DNA of 64,000 bases. Source: Fistulifera solaris (lineage: Eukaryota). Of this stretch, positions 24,638-35,489 are shown in pieces (position 1 is the stretch's first letter; every line of letters begins with the position of its first letter). Where the stretch lies: positions 558,001 to 622,000 of the forward strand of contig AP026128.1 of the NCBI GenBank assembly GCA_030295235.1, read 5' to 3'. A model generated the notes under the pieces. That model did not search any database. It was not told the DNA's origin and saw only the letters and a list, made by a program, of their open reading frames with translations. The translations under genes were made by a program, and so were the position numbers.

Positions 24638-26508
24638 ATGCCAGGGATTACGCGAACAAGAAGACATTTTATATTCACTTCTTTAATCATGATTTTGGGA
24701 TTCTCACGCCACGTGGCGAGTTGGAGCCAAACGCTGACCCAGTCGAGCTTCACGCAATCCATGAGACTCGTCCGGCGGCGGACGTCGTACCATCAAAGTC
24801 AAATACGGATGATGCCCGAGGGTCCGGAAGTCCGAACTCTTGTGGATCAGTTACAAGGAGGTGTGGGGAAACGACTGGTGAATATACAGGTCTTGTCCGG
24901 TCGATATCGTCAAAATGGGCCTCCCGATGGGTTTGTCGAGTTTGCGTCTACCATTACGCGATACGTTCCGGGTGACGACAAAGTGGACCACGTCGATATT
25001 ATTCAGGAATGGAACTGCAAAGGGAAGTTCATTTATATCGTGCTGGATGATGGAAAACAGGTGCATCACAATCCTAATTTTCAAAGATCCATTTTTATTA
25101 CTTTGGGAATGACGGGAAAGTTTGTGGCAGAAAAAGTGCACCGACAGGATAGTCGGTTCGCTCGATGGTCCATGGAGCTTCTCGATTTGAACACGATGAA
25201 GACAAGTAAGATATTTTACCACGATCAAAGAAACTTTGGCACCCTCAAGTTTTGTTTGAAGCGCGCAGATCTGCAAGAGAAACTTGATTCGTTGGGACCA
25301 GACATTCTTGATAGCTATATCACTGAACAAATGTTTCTGGATATTGTGGCTGCGCAAAAGCAGGATCTTAATATTTGCAAGTTTCTCATGAATCAAACAA
25401 AAATTTCTGGCGTTGGAAACTATATCCTTGCTGAAGCGCTTTACCGAGCTATGATCGATCCTTTCGCGTCATTGCACGAAATCAACGAAAGCCGGCTGAA
25501 AAGTCTTTTCCGTGAAATTCGTACCACGGCACTGCAATCTTATCAGGCGAACGGCTTGACTCGGCAAAACGGTGGGCAATACAACACCATGGACGGTGAA
25601 CAGGGCCGATTCAGCTTTGAACTGCAATGCTATGGCAGGGAAACATGTGCGAGAGGAAAGCCTGTACTGAGAGAAATCAATGGGCCCCATGATCGAACTA
25701 TCTGGTACACGGAAGATCAACTGTTTATGCCTCGAGATTTGAGAGTGACCGGATCCGCTCAATCTCTCCAGCTGGATGATTCTTCATCCGAGCAAATGGA
25801 AGAGACTTATGTCTCGTTTGACCTCGCGGATGGGCTGACTGAGCCTAGTTGGCGAAGCGTCCTTGAAGACACATTTGAATCCGAGTCATTTAGGGCATTG
25901 AAAACATTTTTAGAAAAAGAAAGGCGGGATGGTGCAACTATCTATCCGCCGCAACAAAACATCTTTTCTGCTCTAAACAGCTGCCCGTTTGATCAAGTCA
26001 AGGTGGTCATCGTGGGGCAAGATCCTTACCATGGTCCCGGGCAAGGAAATGGTCTCGCATTCTCGGTTCGATTTGGAGTTCAACCACCCCGTCTTTGCAG
26101 AATATATTCCGCGAGGCTATGTCAGATGTTGGCATCGCGCAGCCGCTTCATGGCAACTTGGAATGTTGGGCAAAGCAAGGTGTTCTGCTTTTGAACTCGG
26201 TTCTTACGGTACGCCAAGGCGAGGCGAATAGTCATGCGAATAAAGGCTGGGAAGATTTCACTGATGTAATCATCCGACGGCTCAATGATGACCGCGAGAA
26301 TCTCGTCTTTCTTCTTTGGGGGCGTCCGGCTGCGACGAAAGCGAAATGCGTTGACGAAGGGCGTCATCATGTCATAAGAACCAGCCACCCTAGTCCACTG
26401 GGTGCTACTAAAACCAACTCGCCGTTTTTGTCGTCGAAGTGTTTCAGCAGATGCAACGAGTATCTGACTTTTGACGGTAGCGCTCCTATTGACTGGAGTG
26501 TTGTGTAA
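24638..26508 (+). CDS. Fpg/Nei DNA glycosylase fused to family-1 uracil-DNA glycosylase, with N-terminal presequence; frameshift at C-run 26087-26090
   Basis: MPEGPEV (24812), KGKFIY, LGMTG, DQRNFG, LMNQ..ISGVGNY..AE.LY (H2TH); in the same frame VIVGQDPYH, GLAFSV; after the shift QGVLLLNSVLTV, FLLWG, SHPSPL. Confidence 0.9.
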
Positions 26509-26698
26509 AATACTGGACGGACTAGGGGACTAGGCACTAAAGACATCGAGAGCCATCCTAGTTGACTGGGGGCTACTAAGACCACTTCGTCGTTTTTGTC
26601 GCCGACGTATGTCAGCAGATGCAACAAGTATCCGACATCTGACGGGGGCGTTCCAATCGGTTGAAGTGTTTTGTAAAACTGGGATGGGCTAGGGGACT
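26383..26698 (+). repeat. diverged tandem duplication (168-bp period) of the UNG 3' end and downstream bases
   Basis: 26383-26531 aligns with 26551-26698 (AGCCAYCCTAGT..CAGCAGATGCAAC..TGTAAAA..CTAGGGGACT). Confidence 0.85.
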
Positions 26699-27128
26699 TG
26701 TGACTCAAGAAAACTCGAGACTCACAAGAATGTCTTGTGACTACCGTTGCGATTTTTCTTTGTGGATACAAGTTCTTGTTATTCCGATGTCCGCGATGTT
26801 GTGAGTCAACAAATTACTCAGTTTCACTTCAACAAACGAGTGATGACGGCGCCTTCTCGACGAACTTCCAAACATCGTCATTCTCATTATCACTTCTTTC
26901 TTTGACAAAGAGGTAGATCACGTTGACTTTTAAGCATTCGCTCTCGAACGAAAACGAAAACCACCTGTTTCCCAAACGCGTCAACTCTTAACTGCCAATT
27001 GTGTTCGCAACTTTGCGGAGAAAAATCGAATAGCGATATCAGCCGAAATGCGAATTGTCAATCGCATTACTTTCCATTGGACCGAATTATTGTTCTCAAT
27101 ATAAATTCAAGAATTGCATACAACAAAG

Positions 27129-28856
27129 ATGAATCATTTGATCTGTTCCCTGCTTGTCTTTAGCTCGCTCCCTCATGGGATATTTGGCTTTCATGTGATT
27201 TCCCCTTCGATAAGAACCCCGTCGTCGCTCCAGTCGTCTGTATCTGTTTCATCGAGTCAAGCAAAGTCCCAGCCAAACGAGGCGATGCCTTGGCCACTCA
27301 ACGTTGAAAAATACGGCGAGTTCGATCAACACAATGATTGGGGTTTCGTGTATTCCTCTGTACCTCCGGAAGCTTCTTCGTCGTATGAAATTGGCGATAT
27401 TGAAGGTCAGATTCCAGCAGACTTGTCTGGGGCATACTACAAGGCAGGACCTGGAAACTTTGAGCGAGAAGGACGAAGATATGCGCACGTCCTCGACGGA
27501 GACGGATTCGTAGCGGCTTTTCACTTTGACAACGGAAAGGCTCGATACACAGGTCGCTTTGTGGAGACAGAATATTTTGTCCACGAGTCACTGGAAGACA
27601 AAATCAAATATCGTAATGTCTTTGGAACTCAGCGCTCTGGCAGCATACTCAAGAATGCATTCGACTTGGTTCTCAAGAATGTCGCTAACACGAATGTGGT
27701 GAAATGGGGCGGACGGTTATTCGCGTTATGGGAGGCAGGTCGTCCCTACGAGCTAGACCCGGATACTCTGGAAACATTGAAGCAAGCAGAGGATGGGCCC
27801 TATGAGGGCCTTGGCACAGATGCAAGGATCAGAGGTATCACAGTTGATCATGGTGGTCAAATTGATAAGCTCATGGGCGTAGGACGTGCATTTACAGCAC
27901 ATCCTCATATCCTCGATGATGACACGATGGTCGCATTCAAAGCAGCCACCAGCGTGACAGACAAGAAATCCTGCTTAGAGTTCTTGGAATACAACAAAAA
28001 CTGGGAAGTGAAAAAATCAGTTGATTACTCGTTTGATGTTGGACCGCCACCACACGATTTCAGCATTTCAGAGATCTACTACTGCTTCTTCGAGAACCCG
28101 TTCGGTGCCATGGACAACGTCCCGTACTTGTTCGGCGTCAAAGCCCCGACACAAATAATGCAGCTTCTGCTCCGTCGACCAGCTATTTTGCACTTGGTAC
28201 CGCGACATTCATCTGCAAAAGCCATGACGGTGGAAGTCGCGCCCTACTTTAATATTCACAATGTTCCGGAAGCAATTGAAAGAGACGGGAAACTTTACTT
28301 GTATTCTAACGGATGGGATTTGAATGATCGACGATTTTTCCCAGATTCCAAGGATTCTGTTCCTTTCCTCGGCTCGTGGGGCGGTCTTTACCCAGATTTC
28401 ATAAATGGCGTCGTTCCTCCGAGTTTCCTGTACGAAACAGTGGTGGATTTGCAGTCCGAGACGACGGTTAGTCATAAAGAAGTTGCACCGGGAGTAGTCA
28501 TGGAGTTCCCTGTTTCGGATCCAAACAACTCGGAGGTTGTGTATTGTACAGTTGCCGCTACCGACTACACATCTTTGCCTGGAACCGGATTGTGTAAAAT
28601 GAATGTCAAGACGTCGGAAGTGGAGTGCTGGTGGGCCGAAAACAAGGTATTCACACACGAAGTTACTCCAGTTTCGAAGCTGAATGGCGAGGCTGGGTGC
28701 TGGCTTCTTACCCTTTTTTACGATTCTGGCAAGAAGCGTACATCCCTGGCCATTTTCGACAGCGAGAAATTCCACGAAGGCCCAGTCTGCCGATTGCATT
28801 TGAAACATCATTTGAGTTATGGTCTTCATGGGTCCTTTTCGTCGTCCTTGAATTAA
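27129..28856 (+). CDS. carotenoid cleavage dioxygenase / apocarotenoid oxygenase, probably plastid-targeted
   Basis: HVLDGDG, NVANTNV, ALWEAG.PY.LDP.TLET, FTAHPH, PHDF, NIH, LSYGLHGSF (four Fe-binding His); signal peptide followed by FG-F. Confidence 0.92.
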   Translation: MNHLICSLLVFSSLPHGIFGFHVISPSIRTPSSLQSSVSVSSSQAKSQPNEAMPWPLNVEKYGEFDQHNDWGFVYSSVPPEASSSYEIGDIEGQIPADLSGAYYKAGPGNFEREGRRYAHVLDGDGFVAAFHFDNGKARYTGRFVETEYFVHESLEDKIKYRNVFGTQRSGSILKNAFDLVLKNVANTNVVKWGGRLFALWEAGRPYELDPDTLETLKQAEDGPYEGLGTDARIRGITVDHGGQIDKLMGVGRAFTAHPHILDDDTMVAFKAATSVTDKKSCLEFLEYNKNWEVKKSVDYSFDVGPPPHDFSISEIYYCFFENPFGAMDNVPYLFGVKAPTQIMQLLLRRPAILHLVPRHSSAKAMTVEVAPYFNIHNVPEAIERDGKLYLYSNGWDLNDRRFFPDSKDSVPFLGSWGGLYPDFINGVVPPSFLYETVVDLQSETTVSHKEVAPGVVMEFPVSDPNNSEVVYCTVAATDYTSLPGTGLCKMNVKTSEVECWWAENKVFTHEVTPVSKLNGEAGCWLLTLFYDSGKKRTSLAIFDSEKFHEGPVCRLHLKHHLSYGLHGSFSSSLN

Positions 28857-29370
28857 AGGAGTATTCGGTGTAGGGGAGAAACCATTGTGAATTGATGCTG
28901 AGAAAAGAATGAGCCCCGTCTGATCCAAAATAGATTATTTAGAGAATGTTATTTTATTGTTAGCCAATTCTACAACATAATAGTGCGAGGTAAGACTCAT
29001 GGATAAAGATCGGCATCTTGAATTCATGAGTGATGATGATGACAGCCCTAGCTAGCGTTAACGTGTACGGCTTTACGACACGCGAGGTAAAATGCGTGCG
29101 ATCGCGAGTGACTCAGCTTTTTTCGCGTCAACACTCAACACTCGCAAAAATATGATGAGCATGTCAAACACGCCAGAACAGATTATAAGAACAAGCGATT
29201 AAGTTCGTGTCATGGCTCATGTCAGCGCTAAACACTCAGCGAAAAGTCGGCCACACGTTTCCCTCGTCTTACATTTATGATTCTCTGGCTCCCCCAGCCC
29301 CAGCGGATGGTATAAGAGCTGCTCAAATTGATTTGAGAACCCCATCCCGAACTTTTATCTTGCAATTATC

Positions 29371-29967
29371 ATGAAACGTTTTGTGGCTGCACTAATATAT
29401 CTCTTTACCGTTAGTGACGCTCTGGTCCCTAGCTTCCGAAGGAATGTTGTCCGACATGAGACGCAGCTTGGTATGTTCAATTTCTTCGACTCGTTACGAC
29501 GATACATTGATCCTTCTTGGGAAAACAATGAAGAGAAGGCAGAAGAGAAGGACGACGAAGCCGCCGGTTCCCATCGTTTAGTTTCGATCCCCGTCCAATC
29601 CCTCAAACCAGGAGCCTTACGTCTGTTTCTTATGTTTTATCTTATGGGATTGCAGAACACTCCCGATCGCCAGACTTGGCGAGCCAATCAGCCGTCGCCG
29701 GACGAATACATCGTAGACTTTTACTATCACGATCAATCGGGTCTAATATCCATCAAACTCGGGGAAAATGAAGTTACAATTGATCGCTTGGGGACAAATC
29801 CATCCAATGCTTATATCATGCAAGAATCGGTGATAGTTGAAGGGGTGCTTAATGAACTCCACACGTGCGCGTTTGATGAATCTGTAGCAAAGGAGGATCG
29901 TCTTTTGCTCTTGAAAGAGCCTCATGATGCCATTGAGAAAGCACGTGATGCTCTGTCTTTTGGTTAA
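29371..29967 (+). CDS. uncharacterised, probably plastid-targeted protein (paralog of 32261-32830)
   Basis: signal peptide SDA-L; shares K.GALR..Y L.G.QN.P..W, PS..Y..QES..G.L.EL, RLL.L.EP.DAIEKAR.AL with the paralog. Confidence 0.75.
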   Translation: MKRFVAALIYLFTVSDALVPSFRRNVVRHETQLGMFNFFDSLRRYIDPSWENNEEKAEEKDDEAAGSHRLVSIPVQSLKPGALRLFLMFYLMGLQNTPDRQTWRANQPSPDEYIVDFYYHDQSGLISIKLGENEVTIDRLGTNPSNAYIMQESVIVEGVLNELHTCAFDESVAKEDRLLLLKEPHDAIEKARDALSFG

Positions 29968-30514
29968 CAACTGCTGGGCACCTCCTCGACTATGAGAAAG
30001 AAAAAAATAAATGCTGTGGGCTATGTACACATGAAGAAATCGATGATGACAAAACAAGCTTATCTATAAAGCTTACGATACATCGAAATCCGTGATAGAG
30101 CTAGCAATGTAGAAATCATCGGCACGCTTTAACTTTTTATTAGCAGTTGCTGATTCATGATGAAACTTATTGTGGCGACCCTTCACTGAAAGTCTCATAA
30201 ATTGTTTCTGCGACCTGAATCATAGTGCTAATAACTCACAGAACCTAGCGAAGTAGATCCTTTCACCGGGGAGCCTGGGACATCTGTTGTTGCTTTCACA
30301 CTAATGCAGGATCGGTTTATACTTGCGTAGACATGAGTCCGTCAAAGATCCAAAGACATGAGTCCGTCAAAGATCCAAATGTAATGCAATCGTTCTTTCC
30401 ATCTTGCCCTTCCTTGAACTTCATGAATAGAACTAGTTGTCTTTGACATTTTGTAGTTGTATGGTTCGCATGCTTCAAACCACTTGTGAAAGCCAATAAC
30501 AAGAGTCATTCTCT

Positions 30515-31335
30515 CTAAAATACATCTTCGTCCGTGTCATCATCGGAGGCAACAACGTCCTCCAGAGAGGTGTAGGTCCGCACACCATGTGGAGCATAGT
30601 GATGCTGCGGGGGGCGATGCTGAGCCATGGGTGGAATCATAGGTTGATATTCATCTACATCGCGAGTTTCGGGGTGATAGGCGGCCGCGTGCATTCCAAA
30701 TGCGGCATTGGCCTTTCGGATAGAATGAGTTAGCTGGAAAATTCAACAAAAGTAGAAGACAAAATCGACGACGCACCATCGTATCCAAAGGGTTATTTTC
30801 GGTGGCTGATTCCGAATCAGAATTGTGTTCAGACAGTTGTACCACTGGATAAGATCCGGAGGAAGAAACATCATCATCTTCGTCGTCATCGTCTTTTGAC
30901 TTTCCGTCGCGTCCGAATCCGGCGAAGGAGGGCGTTTCTCTGCGGAAACAGGTAAAGTCCGCATCTTGATTTTCACAGTTGGTCCCTTTTTCAGAGGAGG
31001 TTTAGCTGCCGTCGTTTTTATCCTCGTGTTTTCGCTGTCCTTCTTTTTCGTTCGGGGCTTTTTGGCTGCTTTCGTCTCCGAAGATGATTCGAGCGAGTTC
31101 TTTTGCGCTTCAAAGTGTTTCCCTTCTTTCCAGGAGGAACCTTGACTGCCACTGGTCGTTTCCAAATTGAAGTTGATTGTAGATTACCTTCCTCATCGAT
31201 ATTCGAACAAATTTCTTCCAACCAAAATCGGCGCTGTGCAAGCTGAGCATTTACAGCCGACTCTGCTCTCTTGACAGCTTCCATGAGCAACGCATGAACC
31301 TTTCTCAGCGACTTTAATTCGGCATTTTTGTCCAT
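30515..31335 (-). CDS. hypothetical protein (helical N-terminus, Lys-rich and acidic low-complexity tail), several frameshifts
   Basis: overlapping ORFs 31335-31018 and 31165-30743, plus terminal frame ..YTSLEDVVASDDDTDEDVF ending TAG at 30515. Confidence 0.5.
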
Positions 31336-32260
31336 GTTGTATAGAGTGCTTTGTAAAATTTAAGTAAGGCAATGCTGTTGACTAAAAGATAACCTTACAT
31401 TGCAATGCATCGTTGCACATGAAATGGGCCAAATTTCATGGGCAAGTGCCTTGCATTTTGGAAAATTCAGTCAAATGTCGAAAAAGCATCCGCATTTCAG
31501 GAAAATTAGGAATAAATATTTAGGATTGTGTTTGTGGAGGGGGTCCCTACTAGACCTATAAGTCTACAAAGTATTCCAATAATTAGTCTAACATGAAAAA
31601 GTACATATTGTTTCGGAGCGGTACTCTATTTTTGTCGGGAGTCGCAGTGCGTTTGGAAAATGACGCAAAGGTTGCACGGACAGACTGCACCCAGTTAAAG
31701 GACTCGTGACTAAAAACGTGAAAAATACTTGCCATGACTCAACATCTTCTAGTACATTTTCTACGCGTGATTGTGTAGCCTGACTTTTGGTCTTTCTCAG
31801 GCCATGATATTTATGATGTTAGCATTGAAATCAAGAATGATATATCGCCCCTCCCTCTTTCTGCCGCATTGGTGTCGATAACACCATGGAAAATGAATAT
31901 GAAGCAAGTGAAAGGGAACGCGAAAAGAGTCACGTTGCCAATCCTTTGTGGTTGTTTGCGTATAGATAAGCCGAAAAATGGATATTTGCTTTCTCAATCA
32001 TTGCGAAGGAAGTGTACCAGCACCGTTGTAGTTTACTCCATTTTGGAATCAATCGAACAAAAAAGACGGTGAATGGGGCCTATCATAGAAAATAGCAACT
32101 TTAGTCATCAAAAAGGCATGATACGTCCGCTCTTTTTATTAAAAGCCGTCATTGTACCCTTTCTCTTCGGCTTCTTTCCAATGAGAGGGCTTGTAAATTC
32201 TCTCATGGTATCGACGACAAGCGATGCATTCTGGAAGGTGTTACCGAGTTTGGATTTGCA

Positions 32261-32830
32261 TCATGCTTTACGTGCTGGCAATGCGAAACGAGCCTTTTCA
32301 ATAGCATCCGGTTCATTGAGCTGCAGCAGTCGCTTTTCCTGCTCAATGTCATTCACTTCGACGGCAACGTTATTCAACTCGTCCAAGATACCGTGAAGCA
32401 AAATACTCTCTTGCAACATGTACTGCAGCGACGGTGCATCCCCGAATCGTCGAACCTGGACTCCATTCTCCTGAAAATCAATCGACACCATCGCTGTCCC
32501 GTCTTTAAAATAGACTTGCAAATCACCAGCGTCTCCTTGTTTAGTCAGCCATGACTTTGGTGCCGGTTCGTTCTGTATTCCTACCAAATATATTTGCATA
32601 AGGAACCGCAGCGCACCCACTTTTACATTCTTGGCGGGAATATCGATGATGATGGGTGGACCGGACGTTTCTTGTTTCCGGCCTCCGAAAAGCTCCAACG
32701 CGCTCCGGTGCGATCGAATGACACTCGGACGCTGCAGCGAAAATGCTAGACAAGGGAAAGAAAATTGGCTGAGCCCCAGCAAAAGGCATGTCAAATACAT
32801 CAAGTAAGACAAGAATCGATGATTTATCAT
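32261..32830 (-). CDS. uncharacterised, probably plastid-targeted protein (paralog of 29371-29967)
   Basis: hydrophobic signal then CLA-FSL; motif-level similarity to 29371-29967. Confidence 0.75.
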   Translation of the reverse strand: MINHRFLSYLMYLTCLLLGLSQFSFPCLAFSLQRPSVIRSHRSALELFGGRKQETSGPPIIIDIPAKNVKVGALRFLMQIYLVGIQNEPAPKSWLTKQGDAGDLQVYFKDGTAMVSIDFQENGVQVRRFGDAPSLQYMLQESILLHGILDELNNVAVEVNDIEQEKRLLQLNEPDAIEKARFALPARKA

Positions 32831-33583
32831 GGTAGAATTGTTCTTTTATCAGTTGCTTTTGTCATCGAGGCTGGGTCGGTTTATTACTGAAACAACAATA
32901 TTATACGGCGACATTGCGCCCGCCATTACTTCGTACTGTACGGGTTTTTACTATCGACCCAAAGTGTTAGTTTAAGGAGACCACGACTGCATTTCAGTCA
33001 TGAATCAATAGTCTTTCGAGCGACGGATGTTACCTACAATTCGTTCGATCGCCCAGTTTCTTGCTTTATTTGTCATTGTTGCAATGAAACAGTCTTCAAC
33101 AGTGTTGTCATCATACGTCATTATATTTACGTCGAAGAGCCTTGCGAAACGTTGTCTGCCTTGGTTTTTTACTATGGACCCGAAGTGTTGGTTTACGGAG
33201 ACCACGACTGCATTTCAGTCATGAATCAATAGTCTTTCGAGCGACGGATGTTACCTACAATTTGTTCGATCGCCCAGTTTCTTGCTTTATTTGTCACTAG
33301 CCGCTTACGCGGGCTAGCCCCTGCGGGGGGCAAGAAAGAGGTGTAGGCGATAAAGTAGTTTTGTGAATGTAGTGTAACTGTAAGTGTATTTTTAGTTTAG
33401 ATTGAAATATTTATTGAAAAATCTCTTTGTAGACCACATTTCGAGTAAAAATTTGGTCTTGTGGTAACTGATTTTGGATATAGATGACTTCATCTTGATT
33501 GGCATGGACAAATACTTAAGAAAAGACTGCAAGTATGAATTGTTACTTTCGGCTAGAATCCGTTGCAACTCTTCAAAAATTGA

Positions 33584-34732
33584 TCAATCCATTTCCCGGT
33601 CAGAAGTATTTCCGTCACGCACATGTTGCAATCTGAGCTCTGCTTGAAGGGCAGGATCATAAAAGTATATTTGCAAGCACTTTGGGATTTCATGTTCGGA
33701 AGGAAGTAATGGACCAATACGTCTTACCATCTGTCCTGATATTCTAAAAGCAGACGGCCCACCATGATTCACAGTTTTATCTTCTACTTGAAGAGACGCC
33801 ATAGCCATTCCTGAATTGAATTTTCTTATGTGTTTACGAAAGTATTTACTTCGTGGATCGTCACTTGTCATTAACTTTCGTAAATCAGGTGGCAACTGTC
33901 GGTAAGAAGGTAGCTTGATTTTACCTTGATTGCAACAAAGTTTACCCAAGTGGGGTTTTGCTCGAGTTCCTTTGTTTTCCGATTTAAAGCCAAGCGCCCC
34001 ACAGTAACTACAACAAATATTTTGAGGTCCGATATCGTACGGGGTCACACTTCTTGCATCAAAGGTATCAATATCACAATTTCTTCCAGACATAAAAATA
34101 CGACGATGTCGTGTATTGTTATTTTGTCGTTGCTGCCGGTGTTGCGCATTGTTGTTTTGTCTTTCGTTTTCTCTTTCTTCGGCATTCAAACTTTCTCTTC
34201 GGGCACGATTGCGAGCGCTGTTGTTGCTCCTTTGATGTGCATGGTCTTCCTCATCCAAAGCTTCTCTTCGAGCACGATTGCGGGCGGTATTGTTCCTCCT
34301 TCGGTGCTCTCGCTCTTGCTCATTCAAACTCTCCCTGTGAGCACGCTGTCGCAAAGCATTCTTCAACTTCTGTTCAACTTTTCCGGTTGCTGTTTTTACT
34401 CTTTGACGATACGAACGTTGTCGCAAAGCATTCTTCATCAGTTGATTGTGAAGTTGTGCTGTTGTCTTCGCTCTTTCACGATACGCACGTTGACGCAAAG
34501 CATTCTTCATCAGTCGATTGTGAAGTTGTGCTGTCGTCTTCGCTCTTTCACGATACGCACGTTGACGCAAAGCATTCATCCGTCGCTTGGCTTGTAACAC
34601 ATCATCATCGGCATCACTTCTTGTCAATTTTGATGGTTCGATATATACTTTGTTTATTGCGTTCATCTTTCTTCCGGCATCACTTCTTGTCAATTTTGAT
34701 GGTTCGATATATACTTTGTTTATTGCGTTCAT
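33584..34732 (-). pseudogene. truncated Helitron RepHel N-terminal region (no HUH Rep or Pif1 helicase)
   Basis: CSYCGA..F..E..CC.QGKI.LP zinc-binding motif; FRKHIRKFNS.MAMASL, FRISGQMVRRIGPLLP, PKCLQIYFYDP typical of Helitron N-termini; 24-aa KNALRQRAYRER repeats. Confidence 0.85.
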
Positions 34733-34880
34733 CTTTCTTCTTTCGGTTTTGTGCTATCAAAAGTGCACAAACGCAAAACGCAAAACGAAACGAAAGCGAA
34801 AAGAGCACAAACGCAAAACGGAAGCAAAAAGAGCACAAACGCAAAACGGAAGCAAAAAGAGCACAAACGCAAAACGGAAG
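34340..34880. repeat. internal tandem repeats of the Helitron: 72 bp x4, 66 bp x2, 28 bp x3
   Basis: GCAAAGCATT at 34351/34423/34495/34567; GGCATCACTTC at 34610/34676; GAGCACAAACGCAAAACGGAAG at 34803/34831/34859. Confidence 0.9.
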
Positions 34881-35489
34881 ACTCAGAAACGTCGCATTCG
34901 AAATTCGAAGACCAAGGAAACGTCACTCTACACTTTACTACTACGTACAATTAAATGTAAACTCGACAAAAGAACGTAAACTCGACAAAAGAACACAGAA
35001 CAACCAATGGGAACAAAGCAAACAACACAAAAAACAAAAGGAACGTCAAATCCGTGACTCGGACACCCGGGACCAGCGTTACGTTACGTTACGTGACACA
35101 CACACGGACACAGCGCGCTATTATAAATAGATATAAATAGATTGTTGCAATGAAACAGTCTTCAACAGTGTTGTCATCATACGTCATTATATTTACGTCG
35201 AAGAGCCTTGCGAAACGTTGTCTGCCTTGGTTTTTTACTATGGACCCAAAGTGTTGGTTTACGGAGACCACGACTGCATTTCAGTCATGAGTCATGAATT
35301 CCCGAGCCGTCCGTACATGATACGTGCGATGCTGTACCGTTTACCGCTTTACTTTCTGCAAAAACCCAACAAAAGCTTTTGTTTGCTCCACCGCGATGGA
35401 AACAGACTCGGACGTTCATCACCAAGTGGATCGAATTTACAAGTTTCTTTCATTCCAAATTAAGCAAATTACTCACCAATAATCTCAAA

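Larger units (their letters stand above)
33297..35141 (-). mobile_element. non-autonomous (internally deleted) Helitron, 1845 bp
   Basis: minus strand starts TCTATTTATATC and ends GCCCCCCGCAGGGGCTAGCCCGCGTAAGCGGCTAG; inserted between A and T with no TSD; empty site TTGTCA/TTGTTGCAA is seen in the neighbouring repeat unit. Confidence 0.93.
32943..35298 (-). repeat. Family A tandem array, 221-bp period (3 cores, 2 spacers), second spacer split by a Helitron
   Basis: CGACTGCATTTCAGTCATGA at 32984, 33205 and 35271; 35271 minus 1845 gives 33426, exactly 221 after 33205. Confidence 0.95.

Noticed and set aside
20053..26508. Functional cluster of RNA/uracil-related genes (PPIL2, HDHD1-like, LSM14, UNG)
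   Set aside because: Different pathways and mixed orientations; adjacency in a compact eukaryotic genome is not evidence of co-function.
30329..30379. 25-bp direct duplication GACATGAGTCCGTCAAAGATCCAAA x2
   Set aside because: Isolated slippage-type duplication between convergent genes with no other copies seen.
33926..35130. Long plus-strand ORFs (223 and 339 aa) inside the Helitron
   Set aside because: Antisense shadows of the repetitive Helitron ORF and its 28-bp repeats.
33005..35271. Near-identical 60-66 aa ORFs (MVSVNQHFGSIVKN..) at 33005-33205 and 35089-35271
   Set aside because: By-products of the 221-bp repeat, start at GTG, and are not preserved in related Family A copies.
32943..35298. 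Flanking repeats read as LTRs or a long target-site duplication of the Helitron
   Set aside because: The flanks are two halves of one interrupted repeat unit; the junction is a clean A|T with no duplication.
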